From Neodothiora populina (taxonomy: Eukaryota), in the NCBI RefSeq assembly GCF_041146345.1, contig NW_027191414.1, positions 1,364,001 to 1,428,000 on the forward strand: a DNA stretch of 64,000 nucleotides, read 5' to 3'. The notes below the pieces were generated by a model. It was not told the origin of the DNA and did not search any database. It saw nothing but the letters and a program-made list of their open reading frames with translations. Below are positions 1-14,869 of this stretch, one piece after another; within the stretch, counting starts at the first letter, position 1, and every line of letters starts with the position of its first letter. Made by a program: the position numbers and the translations under genes.

Positions 1-1355
<1,355 letters not shown>

Positions 1356-2421
1356 ACGCCTTGTTTTCAAACTGCCATTCCCGCGCGAAAGCCGCGAAGC
1401 TACTACCGAGCAAGAGACGCATTCCTCTCGTACCAGAGCGAGACAAAGAGAGAAGAAATGGCTCTCATCTCGAGGCCTTTTTTCGCAACCCTCTATTTCC
1501 CTGCTGTGTCAAACGCCGCAGTATGCTACCCGCAGGCAATTCCACACCGAAATACAAACAACCTTGCATAGCGGGGTCATGGGGCTTTTTTTTCTCTCGC
1601 TCTTGGGGATTTTCCTTATTGTTTTCATCATCTGCCTCTTTTTTTTTCGTTTTGTCTATCGGGGCTATTTCGCAAGCACACAGGAGTCAAAAGAAACGGG
1701 TGGAGGGAGTTTTGAGAAGGAATCAAAAACGAACATGTATTAGAGAGAAAAAGAGAAGGCTCGTACAAGAAAACGGGGACATGAGAGGGTAAATCGTAAG
1801 AAGAGGCAGAGAGAGGCAGAAGTGGGCAAAAAACGACACCAGCACCTTTCCCGGGTCTTTTGGTCAAGGCTCATACCCGTGGGGAAAACAAGAGAAGTGC
1901 AGGAGTAGACGAGACAGATCCTCTCTCTGTCTCTTCAATCTCTCTTCTCTATTCGACGACATCCCTCGCTCGATAGCAAAAGTCCAAATGCAAGACAAAG
2001 ACACCTTATTACCATTTTCTCATCCATTCATCCACGTTTCTATGCCTATGTGGATCTAATTATCTACGGATCCGTCATCTTTATCTTTCTGTTCAATTAC
2101 TCGTCGCGTTCATCGGTCTTCTCTTGGCCTACTACCTGCTCTAGCAATGTACTGATTCACGAGTATATTCGTCCACTTATGCAGTCGAACATGTCTCCAT
2201 TCATGCGTTCAGCTATTATTCAGTCCTCTACTCACTTCTTCTAGTCAACTAGTAGATATCCCATCCACCCAAATACTCATCCATGCGATAAATCACCTCT
2301 GGGTTGAGATGGCCATATAAGAGCAGAAAGCAGAAAGAAGCTCCACGCAGTGGCGCCGTCCGCGCAGGACAATTCCTTATGAGAGCAAGTCAATTCTAGT
2401 AAGACATAATATACATGTAGG

Positions 2422-4241
2422 CTAAGCGACGACGCCTCTACTCTTCAGTTCTTGTATCTGCTCGTCCGTCCTGCCTAGCACCTCCCTCAGAATCTCAGCC
2501 GTATGCTGCCCCAGCGTCGGCGGCGCGCTCCTGATGCCCGGTGTCGAAGCCGAGTACTTGACAGGTGTATTGACCAGCTTGATCTCGCCGCACGTCGGAT
2601 GCTGCACCTGCGTGACCATGTCCCTGGCCAGCACGTGCTCGTGCGACAGCGTGGCTGCGATGTCGTTGATGGCTGCGTACGGCAGGCCGCTGCCTTGGAG
2701 CACGTCGAGCCAGGATTTGGTTGTTTTCGTGCGCGTCACCGTCTCGATTAGCGATTCCAGCTCGTCGCGGTGTTGCACGCGCAAGGCGTTCGTGATGAAG
2801 CGCGGGTCGGTCGTCCATTCTGGGTGCGAGAGGCGGGCGCACAGCACGGAGAAGAGCCGGTCGTTACCGCCGCCCAGCATGATGTCGCCGTCGGAGGTGT
2901 GGAAGCCGCGGTAGGGTACGATGGAGGGGTGCGCCGTGCCCCAGCGGCCGCTGTCGGGTTTGCCGGAGATGAGATGCGAGGAGGCTAGGTTGGAGAGGGT
3001 GGCTACTTGGCAGTCCGAGAGGGAGATGTCGATGTGTTGCCCGCCGTTTCTGCCAGGGGTTCCGTCAGAGGAAGAGATTTTGGATCTTGCTAGTAATGCT
3101 GCCATGATTGCGTTCGAGGTGTATAGTCCTGTCGTTAGGTCTGTCACCGCTACGCCTACTTTCACGGGCGGTCCGTCTCGGGATCCGGTGATGTGCATCA
3201 GACCCATTTCACTGTTTTTTGTTGGTTAGACGTCAGTGCTGTGTTGGAAAGAGAGCAGGGAGATTGTGGCAAAGTCAAATTGTGTCGTGGTCTGCGTGAC
3301 TTTGACCCGTCTTATGCTATCGCTTCCTCCTTGCAGCTTTTTCTGCTCACCACAGTGACGCGGTAATAGAGATGATAGAGACGATGGAGAAAGGAAAAAA
3401 AAAAAGACTCACGCCTCGACCATGACATCGTATCCCGCTCGATCACTGTAAGGACCCGTCTGCCCATAACCAGTGATACTTGCATAGATCAGATCAGGAT
3501 TGATCTCGGACAGGGTGTCGTAGTCCATGCGGTACTTCTTCAATGCTCCCGGCAGATAGTTTTCGACGAGCACGTCTGCGTTCTTAGCGAGCTCGTGCAG
3601 GATCTTGACGCCTTCTGGGTGCTGAAAAGAAAGGCCGAGGGATTTCTTGTTGCGGTTGACCTGTATTTTGGCGTATGTCAGGATGGAAATGGAAGAAGAA
3701 GAGAGTCACGCAGTGGTTCAGAGATCATCAAGATCTCGAGATATAGATATTGTACAACAACTATCGCAACTCACCGAGAGGTAATAAGCACTCTCGCCAG
3801 CCTCATCTACCTTGTCGCCTTCTATGTGCTTGGCATATGGCGGGCCCCAAGCACGAGTGTCATCGCCACGGGTTGGATGTTCAATCTTGATGACTTCGGC
3901 TCTATTTGGTCACAAGCAGCATCAGCAACACGGGACGCCAGACTTCAAACCCTCGCAGAAGGTCATACAGAGCAAGTCATCTCACCCAAGATCTCCTAGT
4001 ATTTGTGTGCAATATGGCTATCACAAAATCAAGTCAGGACTCGATGCTCACGAGGTTTGGGACTATATTGTCTTACGCCAGCCAACACCCGTGTCATATC
4101 AAGCACTTTGATCCCTGCCAATGGTAGTGTCGCCGCATTCGACCAGCTCGCTATAGAACTGGTGAATGCTCTACTCTGGCCGACCAATCGAGACGGGTTC
4201 ATGTTACGCCCGCATCGAAGCGGTAATCTGGACAAGACCAT
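2422..4241 (-). CDS. CoA-transferase family III (CaiB/BaiF; succinate-hydroxymethylglutarate CoA-transferase-like), multi-exon, probable mitochondrial presequence
   Basis: [17 protein letters not shown]|..[48 protein letters not shown] and PPTLGQHT motifs. The N-terminus is Arg/Ser-rich. Confidence 0.92.
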
Positions 4242-4922
4242 GCTTTGAACGACACAGCAAGATTAAAAAGCAATTGGGAAGAGATACCGCTGTCGAAAAA
4301 AGACGATGTTCACAAATCCAAATTGTAAATATTTTTGCGTCAAGTTGAGCACTCGCATGTTGTCAGAAGCCAACTAATTATTGGAGTTAAGCGGGAGCAT
4401 CGGTCCTGACTTGCCGAGGCTTGTTTCTCCAATACTGTAAGGATTCCCCGAGCACCCATTGTCTCGCAAATACCAGTCTTCTTCTATCGACAGAGAACGC
4501 AAGGGATCTTCAATCACTCGTAGGACTGCATCACGACCTCCAGTCCGAGGCACAACACTCGCCAAAAGAGAAAAGAAATGCAGTCTGTCGCCGCTTGCGG
4601 CTGAAAGGCCGACGAAACAGCCCCGGCAAAGATGATCTGATTAGATGATCTGAAACGTTAGTGACCCCGACTTCGGATAGCTACATCCAGCGAATCAGAT
4701 ACATCCATCTTGCGGGGTAGATAAGAGGTATATATGTACCCTAGTCCTGCTACCAGTATTATACTGGATGGTGAGGGAACTAGTTGTCGTTCTGGTGATT
4801 CTTCATTGATCAGAAGTCTGTTAAAAGAAATCATCAATCCTTCTTGAATTGACAGCCATTCACCTCTATCAATTGGCTTACATCTAAGAATCCTCAATCT
4901 ACCTTGCCTACTGATCACCACT

Positions 4923-5873
4923 ATGGATAAGCAATCGTACCTCCCCAGAAAAGATTCAGGTATTGAATTGGACGACAAATATGAGCATACTACCGGTTTT
5001 CTGGACTTGCCACCCGAAGTTCGTACCTCAATCTACGAGCTCATCTTTGATCCAGAAGAGAGTCGGCGACTAGCATATCACCATCCTGGCCAGCCGGATA
5101 GTCTGCACGAAGAATACTATGCATCAGATCACCTCAAGCCATTACTGACCTGTCGTCATATCTACTCTGATGCACATCTTCTTGCTTTTTCTCGTACTAC
5201 TTTCGTCGTTCGAAATCCATTTACATCCAAAGACATATCCAAGCGTCTTCAATCACGGCTGTCTCAATCCCAGATTCAGTCAGTTCGCAGTGTATCATTC
5301 GTCGCCGAGGCAGACCACTTCAGGTCCATGCGTAACTGGAAAGGTCATGCATTCGGAAACACCGAGCTATTTCTCGATCATCTAGACATTGTACTTCACA
5401 AAAGCAGCTACTGGCATTACATGTTCGACTTCAATACCATCATGGTTGAGCTGCTCAGGAACCTCAAGTCAGTAAAGAGGATAACATATATCAAAAATGG
5501 AGGTAGAGTGAAGCCTCACTTCCATACTTGGTTCAACAGGCTGGGTGCTGCGATCCTGAAGTTCGATGAGCTCTATCGCTTTGTCAATGGTCAGCCTGAA
5601 GAAAGATGGTGGGCATGGGAGTTTGATGGTCGCGCGCAGACGGCCAGTCTAATTGCCAGACCTGCAAAGCCTGCAGATTTGTCGCATGCAGAGTATGAAG
5701 AATATATGCGACCGATCAGGGAAGATCTGACGAGAAGTATCGAGGCTGAGGCTTACGATCCAGACCCAATGTCAAGGAACGGGTATGTTGTTGTTCTTCC
5801 CTCACTCTCCTTGACGCGGACGTAAGGCATATAGATAGCATAGCTTTATTGACTTTCCTATCTTAGGTTTTGA
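4923..5873 (+). CDS. Fungal hypothetical protein with an N-terminal F-box-like motif
   Basis: 300-aa ORF with FLDLPPEVRTSIYELIF..LLTCRHIYSDA. A likely terminal intron 5783-5866 gives ...NGF* at 5873; unspliced, the stop is at 5825. Confidence 0.7.
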
Positions 5874-6462
5874 GACATCATTGTGAAGAGGGCGCGACTC
5901 CCAACACCGTACTGAAGCGTCCGGCAGAGGCGCTGAAAGCCGGCTAGAAGCTTCGGTCTGCATCCAGGCTCATATGACTATGTATATTCATGGTCTCGAT
6001 GAAGCGTCTCAAGGTTTTGATGCGTCATTGCATATGCACTCACATTGGAATGTTGCATCGGTGGCTTGTGGAGTATGAGCTCCGACGATGCAGACGCTGC
6101 GCCTCCGCCTACCTGCATAAGTCCGGGGCTGCAATCTTGATGCTTGCAGATGGTGATTGGACCATGACACTGATAATCATCCAAAGCACTTGTGTTGTCT
6201 AAGCGCCTACGCCAAATGATCCTGATGATTGCCACTTATTACGGAGGTGCTCACCAGTGGAATACAGGCTGACACTTCTATCAGCCATTTGCGTTGGGGC
6301 GTCTACCTTACCTACAACCAAGCGAAGTTCGAGGCTCCTCTCGCTCTTCCCTTCGCCTTTGCCCATAGCGTGTTCCAGTTACAATCCGCTTCCTAGACGT
6401 CGTATATAATCATGTGATACGTGCTAAACCATTAGAAACGAAAGACTGATCGTCGATACACA

Positions 6463-8978
6463 ATGGGACGACCAGAGGATGATAACGATGCAGGGTACGA
6501 TAAATGGGACAGAACAAGGAGCGAGATATTTACAGACACACACTATCAGTATATAGAACATCCACTCATTGAGCATCGATTGATGTCGGGTGGTCCGTGG
6601 CTCCCCGAGAAAAGTCGGCCGGAATCCAAACACGACCACCATTTATTGGTATCTCTTGCCAATATCAGGCCTGATGAAATGCAGTTGCCTTACAAAGCCA
6701 GGCACGAGAGAACAGCGCAGATACCAACCAAGGCTACTCTGCCACAGAAATATCCAAATCGCAACTCCATCATAAATGAAGGACAGCCCCTATCTCGACG
6801 AGGCCCATTTAGTCACGGAACTTATCTTGCGGAGATCAAAGAACTTACCAGACTTGATGATATGATCCATACGCTTCGATGCTATGAAGATCCGTTGAGT
6901 GTGCGTGACTCTGATTCTGGATATGGGTCGCATGTAGAGACCGAGAGCCCTGACTCCTTATCTCTGGTGAATGGCAACGACGCTACCTTATTTGGGCCGG
7001 CGTTGACAAGAGAGCATAATAACGCTCTCGAATACCTGGACGAGCGGTACATTGTTGAACCCCAAAAGCAATCACCACGATCGGACCAGTTAATTTTGGG
7101 GCCAAATACGCCATCTCCTGGAAGGTTGTATCCCGCCAGATTCGACAAGACGATTCAAAACTTCATGGAATCTAAACGATTAGCTCTTCGAATCGAGGCG
7201 TTTGAAATGCTCATTCGATCCATGCAAGAGCAGCGCGCCACAACATACACATATATGAGTATAGCTAGGATAAACCAGGTGAAACATGTAGCAAGTAATC
7301 TGGACGTCTACCATGCTATACGGCGTCTGGTGCATGCTTATCATCTCATGGTACCACCTGAATCGCTGTTGAAATTCCCAAGAATATTATGCGACGCTGT
7401 TACAATTAGATGGTCCCTCAAGAATACCTTCTTCAAATTCGACATCTCAGCGGAAGTAGCCTTGATGCGTTGCTCACCGGGCGTGCGACATGGACTTGGA
7501 CTTACGACGGCCCCTATGAAGATCCGAACACGAAGATTGGTTGATTTGCTTGCTGTGATGCACCTCGACTTTCCCCATGATAAGTCTAGAGCAATTTATT
7601 CGAGTCCTCTTAGTTCTCGACTGACAACAATGAAAATCAATATAGAGGAAGTTGCAGCAACATTGATGAGATTTGCATTCCTTCAATTCAAGTCTGCCAC
7701 GTGGGTTGTTCGTCATGGTCATTTAATCATGTCGATATCCCTGGCTTCATCACATCACACCTTGTCACGGCGCGATCCCTTACCGTTTCCAACATATCCG
7801 CAAGAGGTAGACAATTTTGCGTTCGAAGACAATCATGAAGACAAGATTCGCTTCACGTCCACCAACTGGAAAGGGCTACTGGAAGAGCTTAGTCATCTGC
7901 AGACTGACGACATATCCGTGAACCTATCTCCTCGTTCCAACATACTTGACAAGTGTCAGTTGTTTGTAGAAACTTTCACTGGTGCTCCACTACAGTGGTC
8001 GCCATTAAGACAACCGTGCCGCCCGCTGCTCTCTGGTCTAGGTCGCGTTAAGTGGAGATGTGTAAGGTCTGATTCACCTTTTGTGTTTCTTTCACTAACG
8101 TCTATCAGCCTTGTGGTGAAACTCACTACGAAGACATACCCAGGACTCTCTGCAACAGCTTGGTCAAAGATCTCGAGCAAAACACTCTCAGACATCACGC
8201 CTCTTCAGCTAAGAACCCAGTGCTCTTGCTCAGGCTCTCATGTCTTTCTCCTTGTCAAGAAACTAGATGACTACCGTCTAGCACAATGGCCGTCAGACAA
8301 CGAAAGTGACTCTGGCTTTTTCCGATCACTGAAGCAGAGGTACATCGAGAAACGCGGCATACTTCGTTATTGGCTGTCAATATACAGGTTTTCCCACTGC
8401 GATTTCCGTCGAGTATGTATTGTGGCGCTCCTTCTCACACATCAAAGCTGACCGCATGCCTGCTTTAGATGAAAAAGACCGGCGACTCAGAGTTCGAGCC
8501 CGGCAAGATCGAGATCCCAGACCTGACGAAAGCAACCGACTATTACTACTCACCGCACCCCATGGACGACGACCCGCCCATCTCGCGCAGGCTCTTCTAC
8601 AAACGCTTCCACGCCTGCCACGACCATAAATGGTACCACCTGCACACGCGCCACCGCCGACTCTGCAACTTCGCCAAGAACAACGTTCGACGTATCCCTA
8701 AGCGCGAAAAAGATCTCATCGAGTAGGGCCCCGAGGACGAAATCTTCTGGGGCCTCTATGCGCGCGAGTGGGCTTCTCCGTGGGCGTTCATCCTCTGGAG
8801 CTTGGTCCTGTTCATGCTGCCGCAGCTGCCTTTTGTTGTGTATTGGTTGGTCAGGCACCCTGGTGACTTGCAGGACGCTCTGGCGCCGTGGTCGATTTGT
8901 CTGGCTGTCTTGCCTCTGTTTTGGGGTTCGATGTGGCTTGGGGTTAGGGATTCCGTGGCTTTTGAGATCGGACGCTGA
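6463..8978 (+). pseudogene. Fungal-specific hypothetical protein with C-terminal TM hairpin; disrupted (apparent frameshift near 8110-8240 and in-frame TAG 8724-8726)
   Basis: Long ORF from 6463, with introns 8062-8108 and about 8413-8468. After the TAG the same frame continues GPEDEIFWGLYARE...HPGDLQDA...* to 8978. Confidence 0.6.
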
Positions 8979-9235
8979 TGCTTGATGGCTATGACTTCTT
9001 TGGTGGGATTTCCGGGAACCTTCATTATAACGCAGTTGTTCGGAAAAGCATGCCTAGGGGACAATGGGCTTGTATGTTATATTTTCATACTCTGTGATTT
9101 TTGGGTAATCTAATGAGACGAACAAAACCAGGTATCACCAGTACAATGAAACAAAACAAAAAGCATACTCGTGAAACTCGTCAATAACCCGATTTGAAGC
9201 ACGTTCGGCTTTGGGATTGGACAAAGGCAATTTGA

Positions 9236-11527
9236 CTACCAAGCCTCCCACTTCTGTCCGCCCATGGCAACAAGACGATTGAACATCTCGTCTCTGAGCA
9301 CCATGGCCGTCATCTTCCATGTCTCGCCAGTCTTACTGACGATCTCAATGCCATCGGCGATTTCTCTGTCCAATGCCCATCCGACGACCAGCTTGGCTTT
9401 CCAGCCTAGTCCGCCGACTTTCTTGATTTCTTTAATGTCGGCGATGGCTAGAGACCAGACGGGATGAAGCAGTTCTTCGCGACCGAGCGAGCCTTCCTCA
9501 GCAATTTTCTTGTCCAGAGAAAATGACACGCATGGGATCGTGGCTTTGGTCGAGATGTAAGCGTGGCCCTTTTTGCCGTGGTATCTGCATGCGAAGTCGA
9601 CTGGTCCAGTGAGATCCTTTTCCTTGTCGGTGACGACGACTCCGAGTCTGGACTTTGCGTGCTCGCTTCCGACCTTGGCTTTGAGGTGGTCGGCGCCCAG
9701 AGCAGTTTCGATAGTACCCTTGACACCGTGCTTGAAGAATGAGAGTAGCTTGGCGCCCTTCTTGCCGTGTTTGGCGTCCTTACTGTGGTCAATATCTGCG
9801 CCACCGGTCTCGTGTGCTGTGGTGGGGTCGTGTGCCATGGCGGCATCGAGTTCTTCTTGCGTGGCGTTCAGAGGCCAATCCGAACCAGTCGCACGAAGAT
9901 GCTCGTCGGTCACGTCCGCAGGAATATCCGGAGGAGGCTCGGCTGCACTGGGTGGAGGTGGGATGGGAGCCTTGTTCGCCTCGCCGATACGGAGAAGAGT
10001 AATGGTCAGTTGCGCATTGGTGGGTACACCTTTCAGGAGAGTGCTATAGACGGTTTAGTTCTGTGAGTAGCAAAAGCAAGAAAACTTGAGGGAACGCACT
10101 TTCTGATCTCCAGTAACTTTTCCCAGTGAGGGAAGGTCCTATTCAGCCACTTCAGACCGGGTTGGATTACTGGATCACCGAAGAAGCCAAAGCCAACACC
10201 AAAGGTAGCACCCTTGGTGAACATATATGCGCTGGTCAGAAGTGAAATACCGAGTAATGGAACCACGACAGCGGCGATTCTGAGTCGGTACATGTCCTGG
10301 GGAAATGGAGGGGTGGGCGACAATGCACTACGCCGCAATGAGTATTCTGATAAAGTCAGACAGACGATCTGGACGAGGTCTATACTTACTTGCCGAATCT
10401 TTCCCATGTATCTGCAACATCAGCAAGACCATGCATAATCGGTCGCATCTTAGTCCACATGGCAGTCTCCATGGGCACTTTTGTTTTGTCATGCTTGGCG
10501 CTGGTTTTGGCGCCTCCAGCACTAGCTCTAGCATCACTGGCACTGGCGGCCATGCTGGTTGGATCAGGTACACTGTCGCCGGGTGCACCAGCTTCCGATG
10601 GAGGCTCGCCTTGAGGGTGTTTGCCGCTTGCACTCGCCAAAGCCACAGACGCGATACTGTTGACGAAATTACTCGCCTCGGCTTCTGCTGCCTCACCCTT
10701 GTGGTTCTCAGGAGCTCCAGTAGCGGTGTCCGTACTTCCCAGAACACCAGCCTTCGGCTTTTGCACTCCGCCAGTCTTACTGTCAACGAGTGCAATGGGC
10801 GCTGGAGGAAACATGACGTCTCGACACGGAGGGTATGCGATGAGCAGGATGATAGTGCAGGCAAATAGGGGAACCAACAAGTCAAGGACCCAAGCCACAA
10901 AGTATGCCTAGAAACACATCAGTGCTGCCTTTCATCCGTAGAAAAGTGTTGTGCATACGGTACAGAACCAAGCAGTGCGTCGAGTCTCTCGCCATGATCG
11001 CAATCGAGCAATCTGCTTGCCGAATCCCATCATACCAAGACCAACAGTCATGTAGAGTCGTTCAATATTTGCTCGTAGCTTATCGGGAGAAAACTCCTCT
11101 TCATCTGCAACATTGAGATCCAGATTTCCAGGAGGAGGAGTGACATATTCCTTGACGTGGTACATTTGCTGGTTGCCAATCGTCAGACTTCGCGCTTTCC
11201 TTTTCTGACAGAGAATGGAGGAAGGTACAATACCTTGTTGAAACGTCTGATCAACAGCCATAGTTCTTCATTATCCATACCGCCCACGAGAGGGGCAGCG
11301 ATATTGTGCTTCGGCTCATTCCAGCCCAGATCAACAACTTCCTCATCATGAGGTTGCTGCGCAGCGCCCTTTTCCTCGAACGTGAGCGCCTCCTTGGCTA
11401 AGGCATGGCTATCTGTAGGATTGTGTCGCAGCGAAGTCGCCTGATCTGTCTTGTCAGGATCAGTGACAGCCTGAGTGCTGTCAGGAATCGGCAGGAGGTC
11501 TTTGTAGACCAGACCTGTCCCCACCAT
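9236..11527 (-). CDS. Conserved fungal membrane protein, DUF3292-like, multi-exon
   Basis: Consecutive exonic ORFs: NEELWLLIRRFNK|QMYHVK..EEFSPDKLRANIERLYMT, PPAPIALVD, ADTWERF, FFGDP and KVGGLGWKAKLVVGW..RDEMFNRLVAMGGQKWEAW. Confidence 0.75.
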
Positions 11528-12362
11528 GCTGGAGATTTTTGTAAAATACTACACTCCTGTCTGTGCTATATTTATGGTCAGGGGTAGATTGATTCAGAGC
11601 TTAGCATTCATTTAAAAAGTGGAAGATGTGTAGCAAGGGTCCAGATGCTTATTGAGAAGACTCGAAGAAGGATGAAGGTTTTCCCACGGGGATGTCAAAA
11701 GATATCTAAACCTACAATGACACTAAACACTACTACCTAGACATCCAGGGGACAAGCACATGAACACGGCACTGGGCTTCTGCAGCACAGCGAAAACAAG
11801 GTACATACAGGACACGCAACTCCTTCACCCGTTTGTTGCTAACATTCAACATCCAAGTCCCTCGCATGAGGACTCTGGCCTACGTCATTGCGTATTTTGA
11901 GCCGTCCATCGCAGCTTGGATCAGCAAACCCCAGATCGATCGACGCCTGGCCTTGACCAAATTGGGACGTCGACCTCCAGCCGTTACCATGTTATTATTC
12001 CGATGTCCATACATAACTCCAGCAGATCTTGACTATGCGCTTAGGGCAGTGAGCGATAAGAGTGATATCAGAGCATCATTTCAGCAATCACAGATCTAGA
12101 TGCTGATGTGCGACAGCCTTCTTGATATCTGCCAAGCCTGGAGTAGGGATGTTCAAGCAACGAAGCAGCTCGGGTGATGGGTAATCGCCAACTGGCGCAA
12201 ATCCTCAACTCTTATCAGGATGCATGACGTAGTCTGTGTTTTGGTGTTTGTAATCAGAACATGCGTCTATCTCCTAGTGTAGCAACTGCTCGGTTATCTC
12301 AGAATTGTAGAAAACACATTAATTCGTTCCTCGTAGTTTGGAACACATCACACAAATTAAAC

Positions 12363-13405
12363 ATGGCAATCTCAAGCAGAGTAGCAGCTGTGACTGGTGC
12401 GAACAAGGGTATCGGTCTGGCAATCGGTAAGTCAATCATTTCATGTTGCGCTTGACCTACATTACCAAGGGTATTCCGCCTCGATGACTATGTAAGTACT
12501 GGTATTTTGACACCCGATTCTGATTGAATTAGTACGAAACCTTGCTCTCGAATACCCCAAGTCTTCCATTGCAGGCAGTCCCTTTTTGATATATCTGACT
12601 GCTCGATCGGCCGAGCGCGGCGCTGAGGCGGTCAAGACTTTGATCAACGATCCCCAGCTCAAGAGCGCAAAAGTACTTGCTCAGGATGGAGGTGATACAA
12701 CCATCAAGTTCCAAACTCTAGACATAAGCGATACCTCCAGCATCCAAGAATTTGCTTCATTCCTGAAGAAGGAACATCCCGATGGTATCGATATTGCAAT
12801 CAACAATGCTGGCGTTGCCATGGATGGTTTCGGTGAGTGAACTCATCATCTTGAAATCTTACTATACAATGCTAACGTGACCTTTATCAAAAGACTCGAA
12901 TGTTGTGAAAGGTACGCTGAAGACAAACTATTACGGCGCTCTCGAGGTGACACAAGATCTTCTGCCTCTGATTCGCGATGGGGGTCGTTATGTGAATGTC
13001 TCATCTTCGGCTGGTGTGCTTAGCAAGTACACCCCTGAGCTTCGCGAGCAGTTCATCGCTGCTTCAAAGACTAGTGTTCCTGAATGCACCAAGTTGATGG
13101 AAGCCTTCACTGCCGCCGTCGCCGAGGGCAAAGAGAAAGAGAAGGGTTGGCCGAGCGCAGCCTACGCTGTTAGTAAAGCCGGATGTACAGCTATGACCAA
13201 GGCCATTGCATTGGAAGAGTCGAAGAAGGGCAGAGGTGTACTCGTCAACTGCTGCTGCCCAGGATATGTCAACACGGACATGACAAAGGGCAACGGCACC
13301 AAGACCATAGACGAAGGTGCCAAGACCCCGGTCTTCTTAGCTTTGGGAGACATTGGAGGTGAGACAGGTGGATTCTGGCAGAGCGAGAAGATCAAGGAGT
13401 GGTAA
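12363..13405 (+). CDS. Short-chain dehydrogenase/reductase, carbonyl reductase-like, 3 exons
   Basis: VTGANKGIGLAI|VRNL, NNAG, YAVSK (YxxxK) and CCPGYVNTDM motifs. Introns 12427-12532 and about 12834-12893. Confidence 0.92.
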
Positions 13406-14869
13406 ACGCGCGGATATGGAGTTGCTACTGATGCCAATTCATGAAAAGTATATAGCATTTTTGAACATAACAGTCGACATGGCTCTTCCACACTGCCGTT
13501 CTACCGCATGACCTCGGGCTACTCTTGATCAGGTTACTGGGGTCGTCCTTGGCATCGTATGAGTTCAATCATTCCCTTAACAAGATGTGGACCACGCAAT
13601 ACTTAATGAATACATCGATGATGAAACGCATGACCATATGGTGGCCATTCGATCCTAATTCGCGTGCTATCCTGGAGTTTTAATGTACGGAGTTCATTGG
13701 ACAGGGTCGCCCAGCAAACACGAACGACGGCACTGTGAGCTTCAAACGCCGACGCGTACCGTACAGTATATCTGCAACCAAAAGTATAGTTCATAGGAAA
13801 AGTCCATATGGATTGTCCATCAACTTACAATGGACCTTATCAACGCCAGTCTTGCAATGAACTGGAATGTCAAGACTTATCGCGAACCTCACTCTCCATG
13901 AGGTGCCGTAGTGCATTCCGGAATGCCATGATCATGCTTACCACGTTTCCATCTTCAAGACCGAGCTTCCTTCACCACCGAGTTCAGGTAAGTCTACAGG
14001 ACCCGCTGACTGACAGGGAGGGCGCGCACCTCTGCTGTCCCCAGTCTGATCATGGCGGCCCAGACGAGAACGCAGATTGTCCTTTGAACAGAGCCGCTGC
14101 GTCAATGCTTCGTCCGTCATGGTTGGCGCAACTCAACTTAGCCTATCCACAATATGGAGTTGGGGATCGGCCTTTCAAGTCAACACATGTTGGGACACCC
14201 CGAGTCAGGTGCTATACATCCTACGGTGCCGCATGTCCAGACTGCCTTGAGGATACAAGTCTGTCTCATACAGAAACGTGAGAGAAAGACATGTACCTGC
14301 GGGAGTCGCGTTTGCTTCGACGACTCCTTGCACTCCTCGGACACTGATGTACCTTATCTAACGGTCGAAGAGAGCGATATCCGCGCTGCAACGAGTGCAA
14401 GCAGTCTACATATAGCCTCTCCGCATACAGAAAAGGAACAACAATAGCCCATCAAGTGACAGAGAAGCCTATCAGAGTGGGGAACTCGAAGTTGTATATC
14501 ACGCAGGATTCGAAGATCTTAGATGTTGCCATACCATCCCCGCATTACGTGCGACTTTGATTGGCTACAGCTCCACTCGACTGCACACCCTGCCACGAAG
14601 GGCGACCTTCAACACAGCATGTTTGAAAGCGGTTACATACACATGAAGTCGTCTGGTAGGTTGCCCTATCGTGGTCTCGCGTGAGGGATGCGGATGTCGT
14701 TGTTGCTGCTTTGAAATTCATGTAGGTCATTTTAAGTCCTCGTCACGAGCAAGGATCACTATATATTGTAACTGTCTCGCTGAGCCAGTTCAGTGAACTG
14801 TAAAACTACTTGTAAGAAACATTGTCCTTTTCACAAACTGTCACAAGTGCAAAACAAATAACATCAAAT

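Noticed and set aside
3270..3304. 8-bp inverted repeat (caaagtca/tgactttg) in a 200-nt intron of the CoA-transferase
   Set aside because: Too short to be significant, and no snoRNA boxes were found.
4709..4952. The hexapeptide SYLPRK is encoded on both strands about 200 bp apart (4709-4726 minus; 4935-4952 plus)
   Set aside because: The codons differ throughout, so there is no real nucleotide inverted repeat, and the minus ORF has no coding support. Treated as coincidence.
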